Origin: Lama glama
Taxonomy: Eukaryota
Assembly: GCA_028534125.1 (NCBI GenBank)
Contig: CM052823.1
Coordinates: forward strand, 40,052,001-40,116,000
DNA: 64,000 bases
Reading direction: 5' to 3'
Shown here: piece after piece, positions 49,715 to 62,950 of the stretch
How the letters are laid out: each line of letters begins with the position of its first letter
Position numbering within the stretch: position 1 is the stretch's first letter
The notes under the pieces: model-generated
Seen by the model: the letters and a program-made list of their open reading frames with translations, nothing else
Database searches by the model: none
Told to the model about the DNA's origin: nothing
Translations under genes and position numbers: made by a program

Positions 49715-50235
49715 GTTTCAGTTCTAGGCTTTTGGCTACATCAGGTATCTACCTCCTAGGAAAGGTAATCTTTTCTTACTAACAGAAAACTCAGCTTAAA
49801 ATAGCTAAAACAATAAGAAAATTGTTAGCTAGTTCAGTGATCCAATAATGTCGTCAAAGATCCAAGATCTTCCGAACTTTCTGCCGTGCTTTGTCTTTGT
49901 CCTCAGGCTTAGATGCCCTCATGACCCCAAGATGCTTCCCACAGGTCTAGGTGTAATATCTAGATAGAGTGAGTCTACCTCTTGCCTTTGAAGTATGAGA
50001 ACAAATTTCCTAGAAGCCCCCAGCAGATTTCTTATGTCTCACAAGCCCAAATTGGATTGCATGTTCCTCTAGATGGACCACTGGTAATTTAAATGGGATT
50101 ATCATAATAGGCTTAGACCAAATAGAATATATCCTTGGGCTTCCCTGGGTGGGGTGGGGGGGTAGATATCTAAATAAAATTGAGGTTCTATTAGCAGGGA
50201 AGAAGATGACCATTGGGTAGGCAACCACAAGTGTA
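49715..50235 (-). mobile_element. Old MaLR LTR (MLT1J/K-like)
   Basis: taacagaaaactcagcttaaaatagctaaaacaataag...agaagcccccagcagatttcttatgtctca...ttgggtaggcaacca. Confidence 0.75.
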
Positions 50236-50354
50236 TAGTAGTAGAGCAGGGAAAGCATTATTATATCCCCTTATAATCCAGGATAAGTTCCCTTGATATA
50301 TATACAGACATACACCAACACATACTCTCAGAGTCATTATATTTCTTCATAGCA

Positions 50355-50885
50355 TGTCAATCTTGAAGGCAGAGCTCGTGAAGGTAGTTTAATTGGAGGC
50401 TGATCTTAGAAAGCAAAAGTGAGGGACTACGGGCATGAAACAGGAAGAGAGAGAAACCAGCACAAGAATATATTATTGATTTGCCCACCGCTGTGGGCAA
50501 CTGATACTTAACCCACTGAAACATTTTGAGAAGCTTTATGAAAAACATCTCGGAACTGCCCATCAATGGGATAAAAAGGGAAGGCATTAATTTATTAGCC
50601 TTAGTCTCCCGTTGATTAAAGGCAGCCCCATGGGTGTTAACTTTCCCCCACCCTAGGCTGGATAATTGTGACTTCTGAGCCGGTTCTCACACTTTAGCGT
50701 CAGAGAAGCCGTAGGGTAAGAAGCAGGAAGTAACCATTGGCCGAGGGCAGAGACTGTCAAATTATAGCTCTGTAAAGTTGGCCAAAGAGTGTCTGGAATT
50801 TGTTGCCACAGCAAAGGATGGATAAGAGTTTGGGCTGAGAGGATGTGAAAAAGAGGTGCAAAAGAAGAGTTGGAGGCATAGCATT
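50355..50885 (-). mobile_element. ERVL LTR (LTR16-like)
   Basis: gtagtttaattggaggctgatcttagaaagca...accgctgtgggcaactg...atgggtgttaactttcc. Confidence 0.55.
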
Positions 50886-50929
50886 GATCCTGATTATAAT
50901 CATTCACCATCTGCAGGAATATTTAATAC

Positions 50930-51062
50930 ATCTCCTCCACTAGACTGCAGCTCTGTGAGGACAGGAATTGCATGGATCTGGATTACTTTTTCCATCCCTG
51001 TCACCCAGCACAGTGCCTGGAGTATCGGAGGCAATCACTAAAAGCATATCGAATGAATAGAC
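50930..51062 (+). mobile_element. L2 3' end
   Basis: ccactagactgcagctctgtgaggacagg...cccagcacagtgcctgg...gaatgaat. Confidence 0.85.
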
Positions 51063-52529
51063 AGACAGAGGGATGTCACAAAATGAAGGAAAAAGTAATC
51101 CAATTGCCAGATTCATCATTTCAAAAAGGAAGAGTCCAAGAATAGACTAAAAGCCAGCCCAACGTCCCCCAGTAAAGGACCCAGTCATCTGGGACCCCCT
51201 GGGTGTATGGGCTAGGTCAGAAGGAATGCACTGCAGAGCCTAGCTAGCGCTTGGATGGGAGAACACCTAAGGGAGGGCAGCCCTTCCTGCCCCCCTCAGC
51301 GTGACTCTGTGGGCTTCTGGAAGCCCCACAGGAGTTCTCTTTCAGGTATATTTCCTATGGAGTAACTCCTAGCATCTCTCGGATATCCAGAAGGTCAGTT
51401 TCTGAGTTTTCCTTGGTTCTTCTGGATCAGTCTAGTTCTGACCTGGCCCCACGGAGGAGCCATGGACTATGGTGCATGAAGTGGTCACCTGATCGGACCT
51501 GAACTCCAAGAATCTAGAATGGACTGGGACTGGAGCAGAGTCAGGTGTCCTCATTGCCCCAAAAGCGGCCACTCCATGGAGTATCACTTTACTTTGCATC
51601 CTTCTTGTGCCTCTTTTCTTATAGTTGTGGATTTACGACCCTTTGTCCCTTGAAGTTAATTCAAAGTTTCCAGGATACTGACTGTGTCAACCTCCATTCT
51701 TCCAACTCTAATACCTGCAGATGCTGTATAAGAAAGATAACTCACTATCCATTTCCTTCATAAAACATTTTAACTGTAAAAGAAAATGTTCTGGATTTCT
51801 TTCCCACGTTGATCAGGCGGCACATAATCCTCTGCTTGTATCTTGACGTAACCTGATCTAAGAACCTGTCTGATTAAAGCCATGTCTCCATCCTGCAGAG
51901 TTAAGGGCATTTATAGGAAGGAATATATTTTAATGACCATTGTGCAAATGCTATTAAGGCTATTACCCTGAAATGGTATTTCCCATCACTCAGCGGTGAT
52001 TTGTCTGTTTTTGACATTTGCTTCCTTTTTAAAATGCTGTATATAGACTGTAAGCTCTAGCAGACCTCCAAGAGAAGGTAAATCTGAGCATTGTTTATAA
52101 TGTAGTCCCAGGGATCTCTTTCAAAATGAGAAGAGCTTATACACAATACATTAAGACCTCTCTCTGATCCCCTTGCCAAGTCACTGAGCCAGTCAAAAAT
52201 GTTGGCAGGTTCCTCTATTTGGACTGACGTTACCTACCGTAATTGCCCAGCAGAACTGACATCTGTGGATTCCTTCCATCCACCATGACTTCCTGCAGGA
52301 GCCACTGGGAAGCTGGGTCCAGTTTACAAGGTTCACAGGTTGTTCCCCTTGATGCTGGCAGGTCCAGCCAGTCTTTGGAAGCAGTCATACACCTGGCATT
52401 CAAGCATCTAAGGTCTTTCAGGTAACTGAAATGGCTCCCTTGCCTGATCCTGCAGCTTAGAGCTCCCAGGTGACTACTGATTGACTTGTATACGTTAAGT
52501 GTTTTTATTACACATAAAATAATATTAAC

Positions 52530-52700
52530 AAAAAAGGATGGGAAGAAACTTTTGTAGTTTTAGATATGTTTATGACATAGATTATGGTGATAGTTTCATG
52601 GAAACATATTATCTCCAAACTCATCATGCAGTACCCATTAAATCTGTACAACTTTTTGTATGTCCATCATACCTCAATAAAGGAGTTTAAAAAATAAATG
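52530..52700 (+). mobile_element. L1M 3' end fragment
   Basis: gaagaaacttttg...tggtgatagtttcatgg...catacctcaataaag. Confidence 0.75.
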
Positions 52701-52704
52701 TAAA

Positions 52705-52975
52705 TTAAGTGAGTTTCCACTATTTTAGAATTAGGAACATCACATAAATATTCAAATCTGGGGCTTCTTTTGAAAAAATCAGAAGCTCTGGCACCACTGG
52801 GTTTCCCATCGGTATGAGTGGGGCTCTGCAGTGACTGCCCGTTGGCGGGGAGAGGACACTCCAGTCTGGCAGAGAGACTCCAGCGGGTTTACATCTACAT
52901 CATGTCCAGTCCAGCCCATTTCTCCTGTAAAATCCCCACCAGGTCCCTGGAGGCATCAGAGTTTGTGCCTATTGG
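52705..52975. mobile_element. MER102-like hAT fragment
   Basis: tcacataaatattcaaatctggggcttcttttgaaaaaatcagaagctctggcaccactggg; similar to 36762-37120. Confidence 0.65.
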
Positions 52976-53539
52976 CAGAGGATCCAAGTAACACTCATTA
53001 CCCTTGTAACCTCTTTGCCCAGTTTCTGAAAACATTGCACTTAAAGCCCCCAAAGACAAAGCAGCTTTTAGATTTACAGTGCTGAGCTTGTCCGAACAGG
53101 ATACCAGTTCTAAGTCTGTGTGCAGTTCTAGAATGAAAAGTTATGACAGACAGGAGTCACCAATTCATGTTAGTAAAGATCCACCTTAGTAAAGAACAAG
53201 GTTTTTCTTCTATGTAAACTTTTTTTGTGTGTGACAGTTTATCAATAAATTTCCCCCAGTTAAGGAAAATCCAACATGGAAAACTCAAAATTTACACAAA
53301 AAATACATAGGATATGTTTGCTCATTTATTCCATATATGGAATGTAGGCCATAATTTCAGACCATTTCAATGAGGGACACATGGAAGTCATCCAACAGAA
53401 CACATGACTCCAAAGAGGTCCAGCAAAGGAGTGCTAAATGGTGTGGGTGGCACCTGGGCCAAGCAAACCGGGAAGGAATTCAAAGCATCCATTCTGCATG
53501 TTCAATGTGCCGAGTACTAAGGAAGGCAACCTGCAGTTC

Positions 53540-53725
53540 CATGAGGAAACTGAGCCTTAGGGAGGCACAGAAAACTAGCATTTGGTGGACACAGCCTGCT
53601 TGCGAGGCGTGGTACCAGGTGCTCTCACAGACGTTATGAAAACCGCCCAAGGTCATACCAGCAGTAAGTGGGAGAGCTGAAATTCAAACCCAGGTTATCT
53701 GACTTCACGTCCAGGGCTTCTCCAA
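53540..53725 (-). mobile_element. MIR fragments
   Basis: atgaggaaactgagcctta; gcccaaggtcataccagcagtaagtgggagagctgaaattcaaacccagg. Confidence 0.8.
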
Positions 53726-54279
53726 CTCACTGTGCCGCCCTGCTCCTACCTCCACGCCCCCAGCCATGTCTCAGGAGCTCGCTCGAGCTGGGAATCAGGG
53801 ATGCTGCCTCTTTAGCTGCTTTTTGGCGAGGCCAGCACTGACAAGGTAGCTCAGAGAGAACACTTTGAGGGCAGCATCCACACACAGGCACAAATGCCAT
53901 CTTCATCCTGTGTCAGAGAAGCAGGAACTACCCACTACTTCTACCATTTTGCTGGCTCGAACTCCTAACAATTTTTTGAAAGAAACAAAATGAACCAGTT
54001 TAAAAGGGCACGATTCCCACTTCCAAAAGAAACAGTATCCATGAACCGGTGACTTCAAGGATGCGAAGGGGAGGACAGGCTGTTCCTTGTTGAGTGGGTG
54101 CCCCCCTGTCACCACACGGCTCTCCTCATTAGTGGACGCAGCAAGAGTGCCATTGTGTTATATTGTGATCATAGTGTTAAGTAAACCTTTCCTAAGTAAT
54201 AACAAAAGCCAAATGCTGCTTTGATTTGATTTTTTATGTTCACTTTTTGTTTCAAGATTTTTTAGGGGGAATTATGCTT

Positions 54280-54460
54280 TTCATCCATCCATCCTTCCAT
54301 CTCTCTATCCATCCATTCATCCTTCTATCCACTCATCCACCCTTCCATCCGTCTACTAACCCACCACCCAACCAAACATCCACCTCAATATGTCATATAC
54401 TGAGCTAGGTGCCAGGAATCCAAAGACCATAGGGGCATGGCCCCTGTCTTCAGAGCACCC
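54280..54460 (-). mobile_element. L2 3' end with expanded (TCCA)n tail
   Basis: (catc)n run then tactgagctaggtgccagg...catggcccctgtcttcagagc. Confidence 0.65.
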
Positions 54461-54551
54461 TCCTCCGGCAATCAGACCCGGAATATAAACACCTCCTAGA
54501 CACAATGATAAGCTCTTTAAATGGATTAAATGTCACAAGCCTGCATTACAT

Positions 54552-54706
54552 CAGCGATTCTCAAATGTTGATGTCAATGCAAATCACCTGGGTTATCTTA
54601 TTAAACTGCAGATTCTGATTCAGGTCTGGGTGGCCAGATTCCCTATTTCTAATTAGCTCCTAGTGATGCTGCTGTTGCCAGTCCTTGGACCACACTTCAA
54701 AAGCCA
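54552..54706 (+). mobile_element. MER5A/B hAT MITE
   Basis: cagcgattctcaaa...aaatcacctggg...gcagattctgattcag...ggaccacacttca. Confidence 0.85.
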
Positions 54707-57700
54707 AGCTTTTATAGTACATCAAGATGACATGGAAGCCTGGACTTCTGAACACCAGAAAGAGTCAATCTTCATACATTCCAAAGTAAATATACCCCCA
54801 CCAAATGCACTTTTCTTTTCCTGCTTCAGGGAAGCATATTCACAGAAGTGGTTTTGGCATTAACTTGTATCTCCCCTATCTCCCCCACGCTTCCCCTTCC
54901 AAAACTTAGGAGTTCAGTTAAATTTTTTTTTTTCTGTTTCATACAGCTTCACCAATTTTCTCTCAAGAGAGGCAAACTGTGGCTTCAGAAATCCATTGAG
55001 AATGAGAAGCACTTCTAACAAGGGGCGGGGCTCCAGAGCTAACTACCCTAAGCCTGCAGGTTGCATTAGGAATTCATCATGATCACGTTTGCCTTGTACT
55101 GCGGACCCGCAGAGGCACCTGCAATTAATTCCGATGGCTACAAGCCACAGGGAACCTAACAACTTGTGGGTGATTAAGAATGAATTATGAATCTTTCATT
55201 GAAAAGGTCCCAGGAAGAAAAATGGGGACAGATGCCAGACATGTTTACATTACTTATAGGGCTTGTGAGCGCTTTCATTGTTAGCCATTGTGAGCACTTT
55301 CATTGACTTTCCGGCAATGCCTCTTTTTAATTTTTTCATATTTTTAAGTGGCACTTGTCCTTTGGGGCCATGGTTGGACAGCCTTAGTGCTACTTTTGCA
55401 AATAATGAGAATTCTTTTCTAAGACCCAGAAATCTTTGGGTGTCATGCTTTCCTAGGAGAAAAGAAACTGGTAATGATTTCCACTATTTGATGTTGGGCA
55501 CACATTTTATTTTTCAGTAAAAGATGATTTCACAGCCACACCTCATTAACATGCTGTATATTTCAAAATGAATATTACAGGACATTATTTACCAATCCTG
55601 GATCGGTACACAGTTTCTAGTTCAATCACAAAAGACTCAAAGAAATTTTTTTTCAGGGCCACCCAGCGTGCAGTCCAATCTCAAAATCTTTGGGAAATAT
55701 GCCCACACTCCAAAATGCTTACAGATGTGCCTCTTTTTGGTAAAATGAACTCCCCTATTTGGTGTTTCCTTAGCACCATCACAAGATTATTACATCATAC
55801 TTAATGGTGATGATAAAGGTGAGCCTCACAATGACTAAAAACAAATCACATTTGGGTCAGACGCTGTAAGAAAGAAAGTTCTCAGAGGATAGAAAAATGG
55901 TTTACTTATATCAGTCCATAGTAATAAGCACTGTAGAGCTCTCAATATCCAGCATCAGAAGATGCATTTGGCGAGGGCACGCCAGGCTAGGATGTGAATC
56001 ATGGGCTGCCACTCCAAGACTATTACAGAATGTGCATACGCTATAAACCAGAAAAGGCTGCGTTTTAACCTCTGTGACTCATGCGTTATAGCCTGTGGCT
56101 TCAACAGTTGGTTAGGAATCAGGATGACACTGGGTGCAGGCTGAACAAACTTGCAGCCAAGAGAAACAGAAACAGCAGCTCCCCAGCAGAAACACATGAT
56201 GCCCAGGGCCTCTTACACTCCCTTAGATGCTAGAATTATGAAACCTGTCCGTGGTGGATACTTTGGGCTAGAGGGGATTGTGCCTTTTTTTTTTTTTTTT
56301 GCCCTGGTGTAAATATTTAAACTTCTCTATAACATTTGAATTACAACTTGCTTTCCTGGAATGAAATTCTAAAACTAATTGACAGCCAGTCTGCAGAATT
56401 TCGACATGCCTATAGGTATGTTTCTCTTATGGAAACCCAAAGCTTTTATCTCTCTCAGTTTTCACTGTTAGTGCTTCCCAAACCTCTAAGAGCTAAGGGT
56501 TTCTGGTTCTCAGTTAACAAGGAAGGCATCAAAAACATACTAGGAAGACTCACCTATTACCTGAATGTCAATTTGAAATCTGCCTGCAAGAGGTGTTAGA
56601 CAAATTTTTGTCAGCATTTGCTTTGAAACACTCCTTTACCTGGGTTTCTCAAAATCGATTCCCTCTAGAGATCCTATCCCTATGTATGCTTCTTGATAAC
56701 TAAGGTCTTTAATGGCATCAGAGATACTCTAGGCTGAAACCCAGCCTGAGAAGGTTTTTGTCAAGCAGTGTGATATTCTCTACACGTGTACATGAGTTAT
56801 TGTCAATATCTGTTCAACTATAATAAAGATGATTTATGGTGGACAATTGTTTTGTGGTTGTGAACATCCATCTCATCTTCCTAGTGTGATAGCACCCCAA
56901 TTTTTTGGAGGGTGAATTATCTCCACCCTATTAGGGGCAATCTGTTGAGAGGCAGGTCTCAAACTACAGTCAGGTGTGTTCAATCAGCGTGAACTTCAGG
57001 AGTTTTGCAGCAACTGTAAGAAAAATCATTTCCTGGTGGGCATGATTTTGGAAAGACTTTCCACTTGAAAGGCAGCGTTTGGATCTGCTGGGGCTGCCCC
57101 ATGGAGCCTGGGAAAGAGGTTAACACAGCAGAAGGCAGAGAAATTCAGCATCAAAAGAGTCCTGCAGCAAGCTGTGTTTGAAAACAGACCTCTCCCAGGA
57201 TTTTTACTTCCGGAACTAATAATTCACTTTTTGGCTTAAGATACTTTCAATCAGGAATTCTATGATTTGCTACAGAAATCCAAAATTGTCAGATTTTTCT
57301 ACCAAGTGGGAAAAATTGTTCATTTTTGTGTCACTTGCTATTTATAATGAAATTTCCACAAGCTGTCTCAAGGAAGACAAAGGAGGGTGTCAACACTTGG
57401 AGTTTAGGTATAATCCCGTTTTCATTTTTTCATGACTTTCATTCTTTTCTTTTTCTCTCTCATCTAATATTTTGTCAGGATTAAAATGCTAATAAGCACT
57501 TGGAATGAGTTGGTTAGGTTTTCATTGCCTTTTTTTTTTCCTGTCTGAGCTTAGTTTCTGGTGTGCTGCTAATAAAATTGTCAAATTGGGGCAAAAGGAA
57601 AAACAGAACATAGATGATTTATCGATCTGATAAATAAACAATTGAGACTTGGTTGCAATCATTTTTAAAAACAGATGATGATCATAATAAAAATAATAAT

Positions 57701-57790
57701 AGCTAGCCTTTCTTGAATGCTTTCTGTATGGGGAACATGATACAAAGTGGTTGACATTAACTCATTTTATCCTTCAATCTATCTGGGAGG

Positions 57791-58776
57791 CAGTGGTGTG
57801 CTGGCAAATCAATTCTAGGGGATGGTGAGTGATATTTTAATTTATAATATGAAATATATATTTGGTCTTGCCCTTGTTTCTAGGTCAGAGCTCCTAAAAT
57901 CCTTGGACTTTAAGTGCTGAGAGTGACAAAGGTGTCTTTAGTTATGTTAATGAGGTGACTTTTGGAATACTCCTATCACCTAAGGATGAGGGCTGGCCAG
58001 CAGAGGAACCAACCACTTGATTAGAAGGTTGGAACTTTCAGTCCCATCTCCCTGACCTCTGGGGAAATGGGGAGGGCCTGGAAGTTGAATCAATCACCAA
58101 TGGCCAATGATTTAATCAACCACGGCTTTGTAATAAAGTCTCCGTAAAAAACCTACAAGGACTAGGTTCAGAGAGCTTCCAGGTTGGTGATCACATGGAG
58201 ATTTGGGGAGAATGGTATTCTAGAGAGGGCATGAAAGCTCCACACCCCTACCCGTCCCACACACCTCGCCCTGTGTGTCTCTTCCATCCTGCTGTCCCTG
58301 AGTTATATTATTTCATAATAAAACAGTAATCCAGTAAGTAAAATGTTTCTCTGAGTTCTGTGAGTCACTCTAGCAAGTTAATTGAACCCAATGAGGGAAT
58401 CTTGGGAACCCCTGATTAAGCCGACCAGTCAGATATCGGGGTGGGGGCAGTCTTCTAGGACTAAACCCTTAACCTGTGGAATCTCATGTAGATAGTGTAA
58501 GAATCGAGTTGAATCACAGAATCCCCAGCTGGTGTCCAAAGCATTGCTTACCAGTATGAGGGAAACCCCTTCCCACCACACACACATGGAAATTGGGTCC
58601 AGGAACCTAATTTAGGGAGGGAAACCTGATTTACAGAGTTCGCCAATTTCTGTGGTATAGATACTCCCACCATGGCTGGTTTCAAGTAGCCAATGATTTA
58701 AACGTTGGCTTGAAATTCTTTCGTCCTTAACAATTAGCCTTTGGCAGCCAGTCTATCCGAGACTAACACAGGACTG
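57791..58776 (-). mobile_element. MER63-type hAT-Blackjack element split by MER21
   Basis: Terminus cagtggtgtgctgg at 57791; tactcccaccatggctggtttcaag and terminal acaggactg at 58776. Confidence 0.75.
57828..58610 (+). mobile_element. MER21-type LTR
   Basis: gtgatatt...gaaatatatatttggtct...cagagctcctaaaa...aatcaccaatggccaatgatttaatcaa...gagagcttccaggttggtga. Confidence 0.88.
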
Positions 58777-59994
58777 GCGGAACCAGCTTACCTAAACCAG
58801 CAGTTTGTAAACTGAGGTTTGTCCTACTCCAGAGCCCACACTCAGTCTCTGCACCCCTTTCCAATGGAGCAGGTTTTCACTGTTTATTTAAGAAAAGTAT
58901 ATGGGAATGCAAAAACATTTCAAATGTACTTTGCATTTAGATAAATTATACTTAGTGGGGCTATTTAAAGACCATTTGAATATTCTATATTTTATGGATT
59001 CAAGAGCAAGAATCTATATTAAATATGACATTTGTGTTAACCACTGAGTAACAGCCACCAAGCCCTTCAGCTACAGAATGTTTTGAAGATAATCTTTCTA
59101 TGTCTAATATGTCTGGGAATGTTAATGAAAACTGAAGAAATGATTTAAAAAGAACAGAGTAGCAATTAAGGATGATTTATCAGCATGTTTCAGCCCTAAA
59201 CATTGTCCTATTCAAGTGTTGCCATGTTTCTTAATCTTACTATAAGCCTTTTCAAGATGTTTTCAGACAATTTATGTGTGGATTTTGAGCCCATGAAAAA
59301 TACTGAGTTATAACCAGGGGATTTAAAATCATCGTACTTGTGTGTATGTGTCTATATGTGCAAGTGTGTGTGTGCATTAGTAGCAAATATTCCCATACTA
59401 TGGAAAATTAAGTAAATTATAACTGATAAGATGTTACCCACAGTAACTCCCTTTCATCACCCATGCAGGCCTGACTACAAAGTCTTTCTTGGCTCACAAG
59501 TAAAGGATTCTGCATATATTGTTTATTATTTCAATCTAAATCTGAAAGCCACAACAAAGTCAAATTGACAGCAATTGTAAACATTAGATAATTGACATCA
59601 TTGCACAGCAGAGCTATTAGAGTTCACTGGATAACAGGCATGAAGGCACTTCAGAAAATTCAAGGCAGTGTACAAATATGAGGAATTAGTATTGAGTAAA
59701 AAACAAAATCTCAAAAGGTAAATTTCTCAACAGCTCAACAGATTTATAGCAAAGTAGAAACTTCCCTACTAAATACATATAATAGAAGAACTGATAACCA
59801 AATGTAGCTCTAGGATCTATATATTTTCTGTGTAATTTAAGAAGCATCATTTTAGCTTTTAGGAAATTTGATCATACCTCTATCCCCTACCAAATGTATA
59901 GAGAAACAAATTCTCTGTAGGAAGTAAGATAGAATTTTATATGTGAATATTTATGTCATTTCTTAAGTTATAAAAACCTCATACCATTAAAAAA

Positions 59995-60275
59995 TTGTTA
60001 GCTTTATTTAGGTAAGATAATCATATTGAGATTGTATTTTAGAAAGAGTTCTTATTTGTTGGGAGTTACATAATAAAATATTTAGAGATGAAATAATATG
60101 GTGTCTGAAATTTGCTTCAAAATATCTGGGAAGGGAGATGTGGCTAGAGGGCACGGATAAAACGAGATAGCCATGGGCTGACAGAAGTGAATCTGTGCTG
60201 ATGGGCACATGGGGTTTGTTTGCTAGTCAAAGAGTTGCTGTATGTCTGACACTTTACACAATAAGTGTTTAAGAA
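59995..60275 (+). mobile_element. L1MC/ME 3' UTR fragment
   Basis: aaatatttagagatgaaataatatggtgtctgaaatttgcttcaaaata. Confidence 0.8.
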
Positions 60276-60389
60276 AACTCACCTCATATTAATATTTGAA
60301 ACACTGCAGAACGTTCTGTGGGCTGAGTAAAACGATAGGAGAAGAATTCACTGCCAAAATATCCATTTTTACTGACCCGACTGACGGGT

Positions 60390-60740
60390 TTTTGTCCATT
60401 CTAGTCCAATCCACTCTCATATTGCTGCTAGAATTATATTTCTAATAATTAAATTTGTTTGTGAAACACCCTTCCTCAAAAGACCTCTTTTGAGGCCCCA
60501 TTGCCTAAAGGTACAGTCAGTGATTCTTTTGTAACCCCACCACACTTTGCTCTTAATTCTCTTACAGAAACTTTCTGTGTGGTAGGACCTTTTTCTGCTC
60601 TCACGTTTTTGTCTCCTGCAAGACACTGAGATCCACAGGGACCGAGAACACATCTTCTTATCTTCCTATCTTCAGTGTTTGGCACATTATCTGGCATATG
60701 GTAAGATGCTCAATAGATTCTTGGTGAATGAAATGAATGT
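60390..60740 (+). mobile_element. L2 fragment
   Basis: ccaatccactctcatattgctgctagaattatatttctaa...atctggcatatggtaagatgctcaatag...gaatgaaatgaatg. Confidence 0.75.
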
Positions 60741-61114
60741 GAAATACAAATAGATTATATCAAAGTAAATGTTTAAAACAATGGAACCAAAATAGGTAAG
60801 TAATGATGACTAGACACTTAGTAGTTAGTTGCTTGTTGTATTTTTTCTCTAACTCTTCTAAATAATGCATGAAAGTGATTTATAATCAAAATTAAAGGTA
60901 AAACAATACTTTTACAAAAGTTAAAGTATCTTTAAACTGAAAAAAGCACACGTTCATAAAATGTTTCATTTCATTGCTACTTTTAGATATACACAGCTGA
61001 AATAATTCAACTACTAGGAAGAGACTATCCTCAACAGATAGTAATGCTATCTAGCAGTTCTCTCAATACAGGAGTGAATTGCTTCAGTGAATAATCATAA
61101 TCAACTTGGGTGCT

Positions 61115-62190
61115 TTCCCACAAGAAAAAAAAAAAGAGAGAGGGAGAGAAATAGATAAATTGGATTTCATTAAAATTTAAACACTTTTGTTCATTCAGTG
61201 ATACTATCAAGAGAGTAAAAAGACAGCTCAGAGAATGAGAGAAAATATTTTCAAATCCTGTTTCTGACAAGGGTCTAGCACGTAGAAAATATAAAGAACT
61301 TCTACAACCCAACAACAAAAAGGCAAATGACCCAGTTGAAAAATCAGCACAGGACCTGAATAGACTTTTCTCCAAAAGAGACATATGAATGGCCAGCAAA
61401 TACATGAAAAAAATGCTCAAAGTCATTAGTCACCAAAGAAATGCAAATCAAAACCACAAGGAAATATCACTTCACACCCACTAGCAAGGCGATAATAAAA
61501 ACAAGAGCAACAGCAATGATATAACAAGGGTTGATGAGGATGTGGAGAAATTAGAACATACACATGTTGCAGGTAGGAGTGTAAAATGGTGCAACCACTG
61601 TGCACAAGAGTTTGGCAGTTCCGTAATGAGTTAACACAGAATTAGCACATGACCTAGTAATTCCATTTCTAGGTATACACCCCAAATAATTGTAAATAAG
61701 TATTCAAACAAAAACCTTTACACAAATGTTCATAGAGATGCTATTCATAATAGACAAAGGAAGAAACACCCAAATGTCTATCAACTAATGACTGGATTAA
61801 AAAATGTGGTATGTCATACAATGGAATATTATTCAGCCATGAAAAGAAATGTAGCACTGATACATGCTACGTCATGGATGTACCTTGAAAATATGCTGAG
61901 TGTAAGAAGCCAGATATAAAAGGCCACACAGTGTATGATATCTGTAGGAAATATCCAGAATAGGCAAATCCATAGAAACAGAAAGCAGATCAGTGGTTGT
62001 CAGAAGCTGAGGGGATTTGCAGTGACTGCATCATGGGTATGGGGTTTCCTTTTGGAGTGATAAAAATGTTTTGGAAATAGACAGTAGTGGTGACTGCACA
62101 ACACGGTGAATGTACTAAGTGTTACTGAAGTTACACTTTTAGATGGTTAAATGGTAAAGTTTATGTTATGCGTATTTTACCAAAGTAAAG
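61115..62190 (+). mobile_element. L1MB-type element (ORF2 3' end plus 3' UTR)
   Basis: atagataaattggatttcattaaaatttaa...gaaatgcaaatcaaaaccac...caatggaatattattcagccat...ttatgttatgcgtattttacc. Confidence 0.92.
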
Positions 62191-62779
62191 AATGATGTGT
62201 TCTTGGTCCAACATCTAGATATTCTATTCTGGGGCTCCTCATATGGGGCTTGGGTGTATGTAGATAAGGACCCAGGTGATCTGGTACAGGTGGCCGATGG
62301 CACTTTGAGGAACATTGATATATTATTTCTACAGTTATTTCATTACTCCATGATAAAAGCCTCATACTATATAATTTAGCACCAAGAATGTCTGAGACAT
62401 CACTTATAACTCTCCAAAAGTTCTTACTTCTTAAGATGGGAAACAGCAACTTTAATGATACTTCTCTAGGGCCGGCTTATATAAGCAAGCGTATCATCGC
62501 CCGACTCAAAATTTCCCAGGACATCTGGGGCCACAGTCCTGTTACATAATCAAAGCTCATCTCTCCTATGCTGCGATATCCTTTCCCTCTCTCTCATGTT
62601 TTCAAAACTTTTTTTCTTTCTACTGTTTCCCTCCTCACAGCCTAAAACCATGTACACATTTCTGTATCCTAACAAGGGATCTTCCTTGACCTCTGCTCAA
62701 ATCTGTACTGAGCCAAGAATCTTGAAAAGCCAGTGGGTGCCTTCTCTCCCACTTCCCTCTGCATTCCACCTCCCCACCC

Positions 62780-62950
62780 CATCCTGATTTAATCCTTGGG
62801 AAAACCGTAGGAGATCTGTACTGTTTTTATTCCATACTACTATGAAGAAGATAAGTCTTCGGATGGTTAAGTGACTTATTCAAGGTCATACAACTAGCAA
62901 ATGGTAAAGAAAAAAAAAAAGCAACCTCAATCTCTAGATCCCAAGCTCCT
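62780..62950 (-). mobile_element. MIR fragment
   Basis: ggttaagtgacttattcaaggtcatacaactagcaaatgg. Confidence 0.7.
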
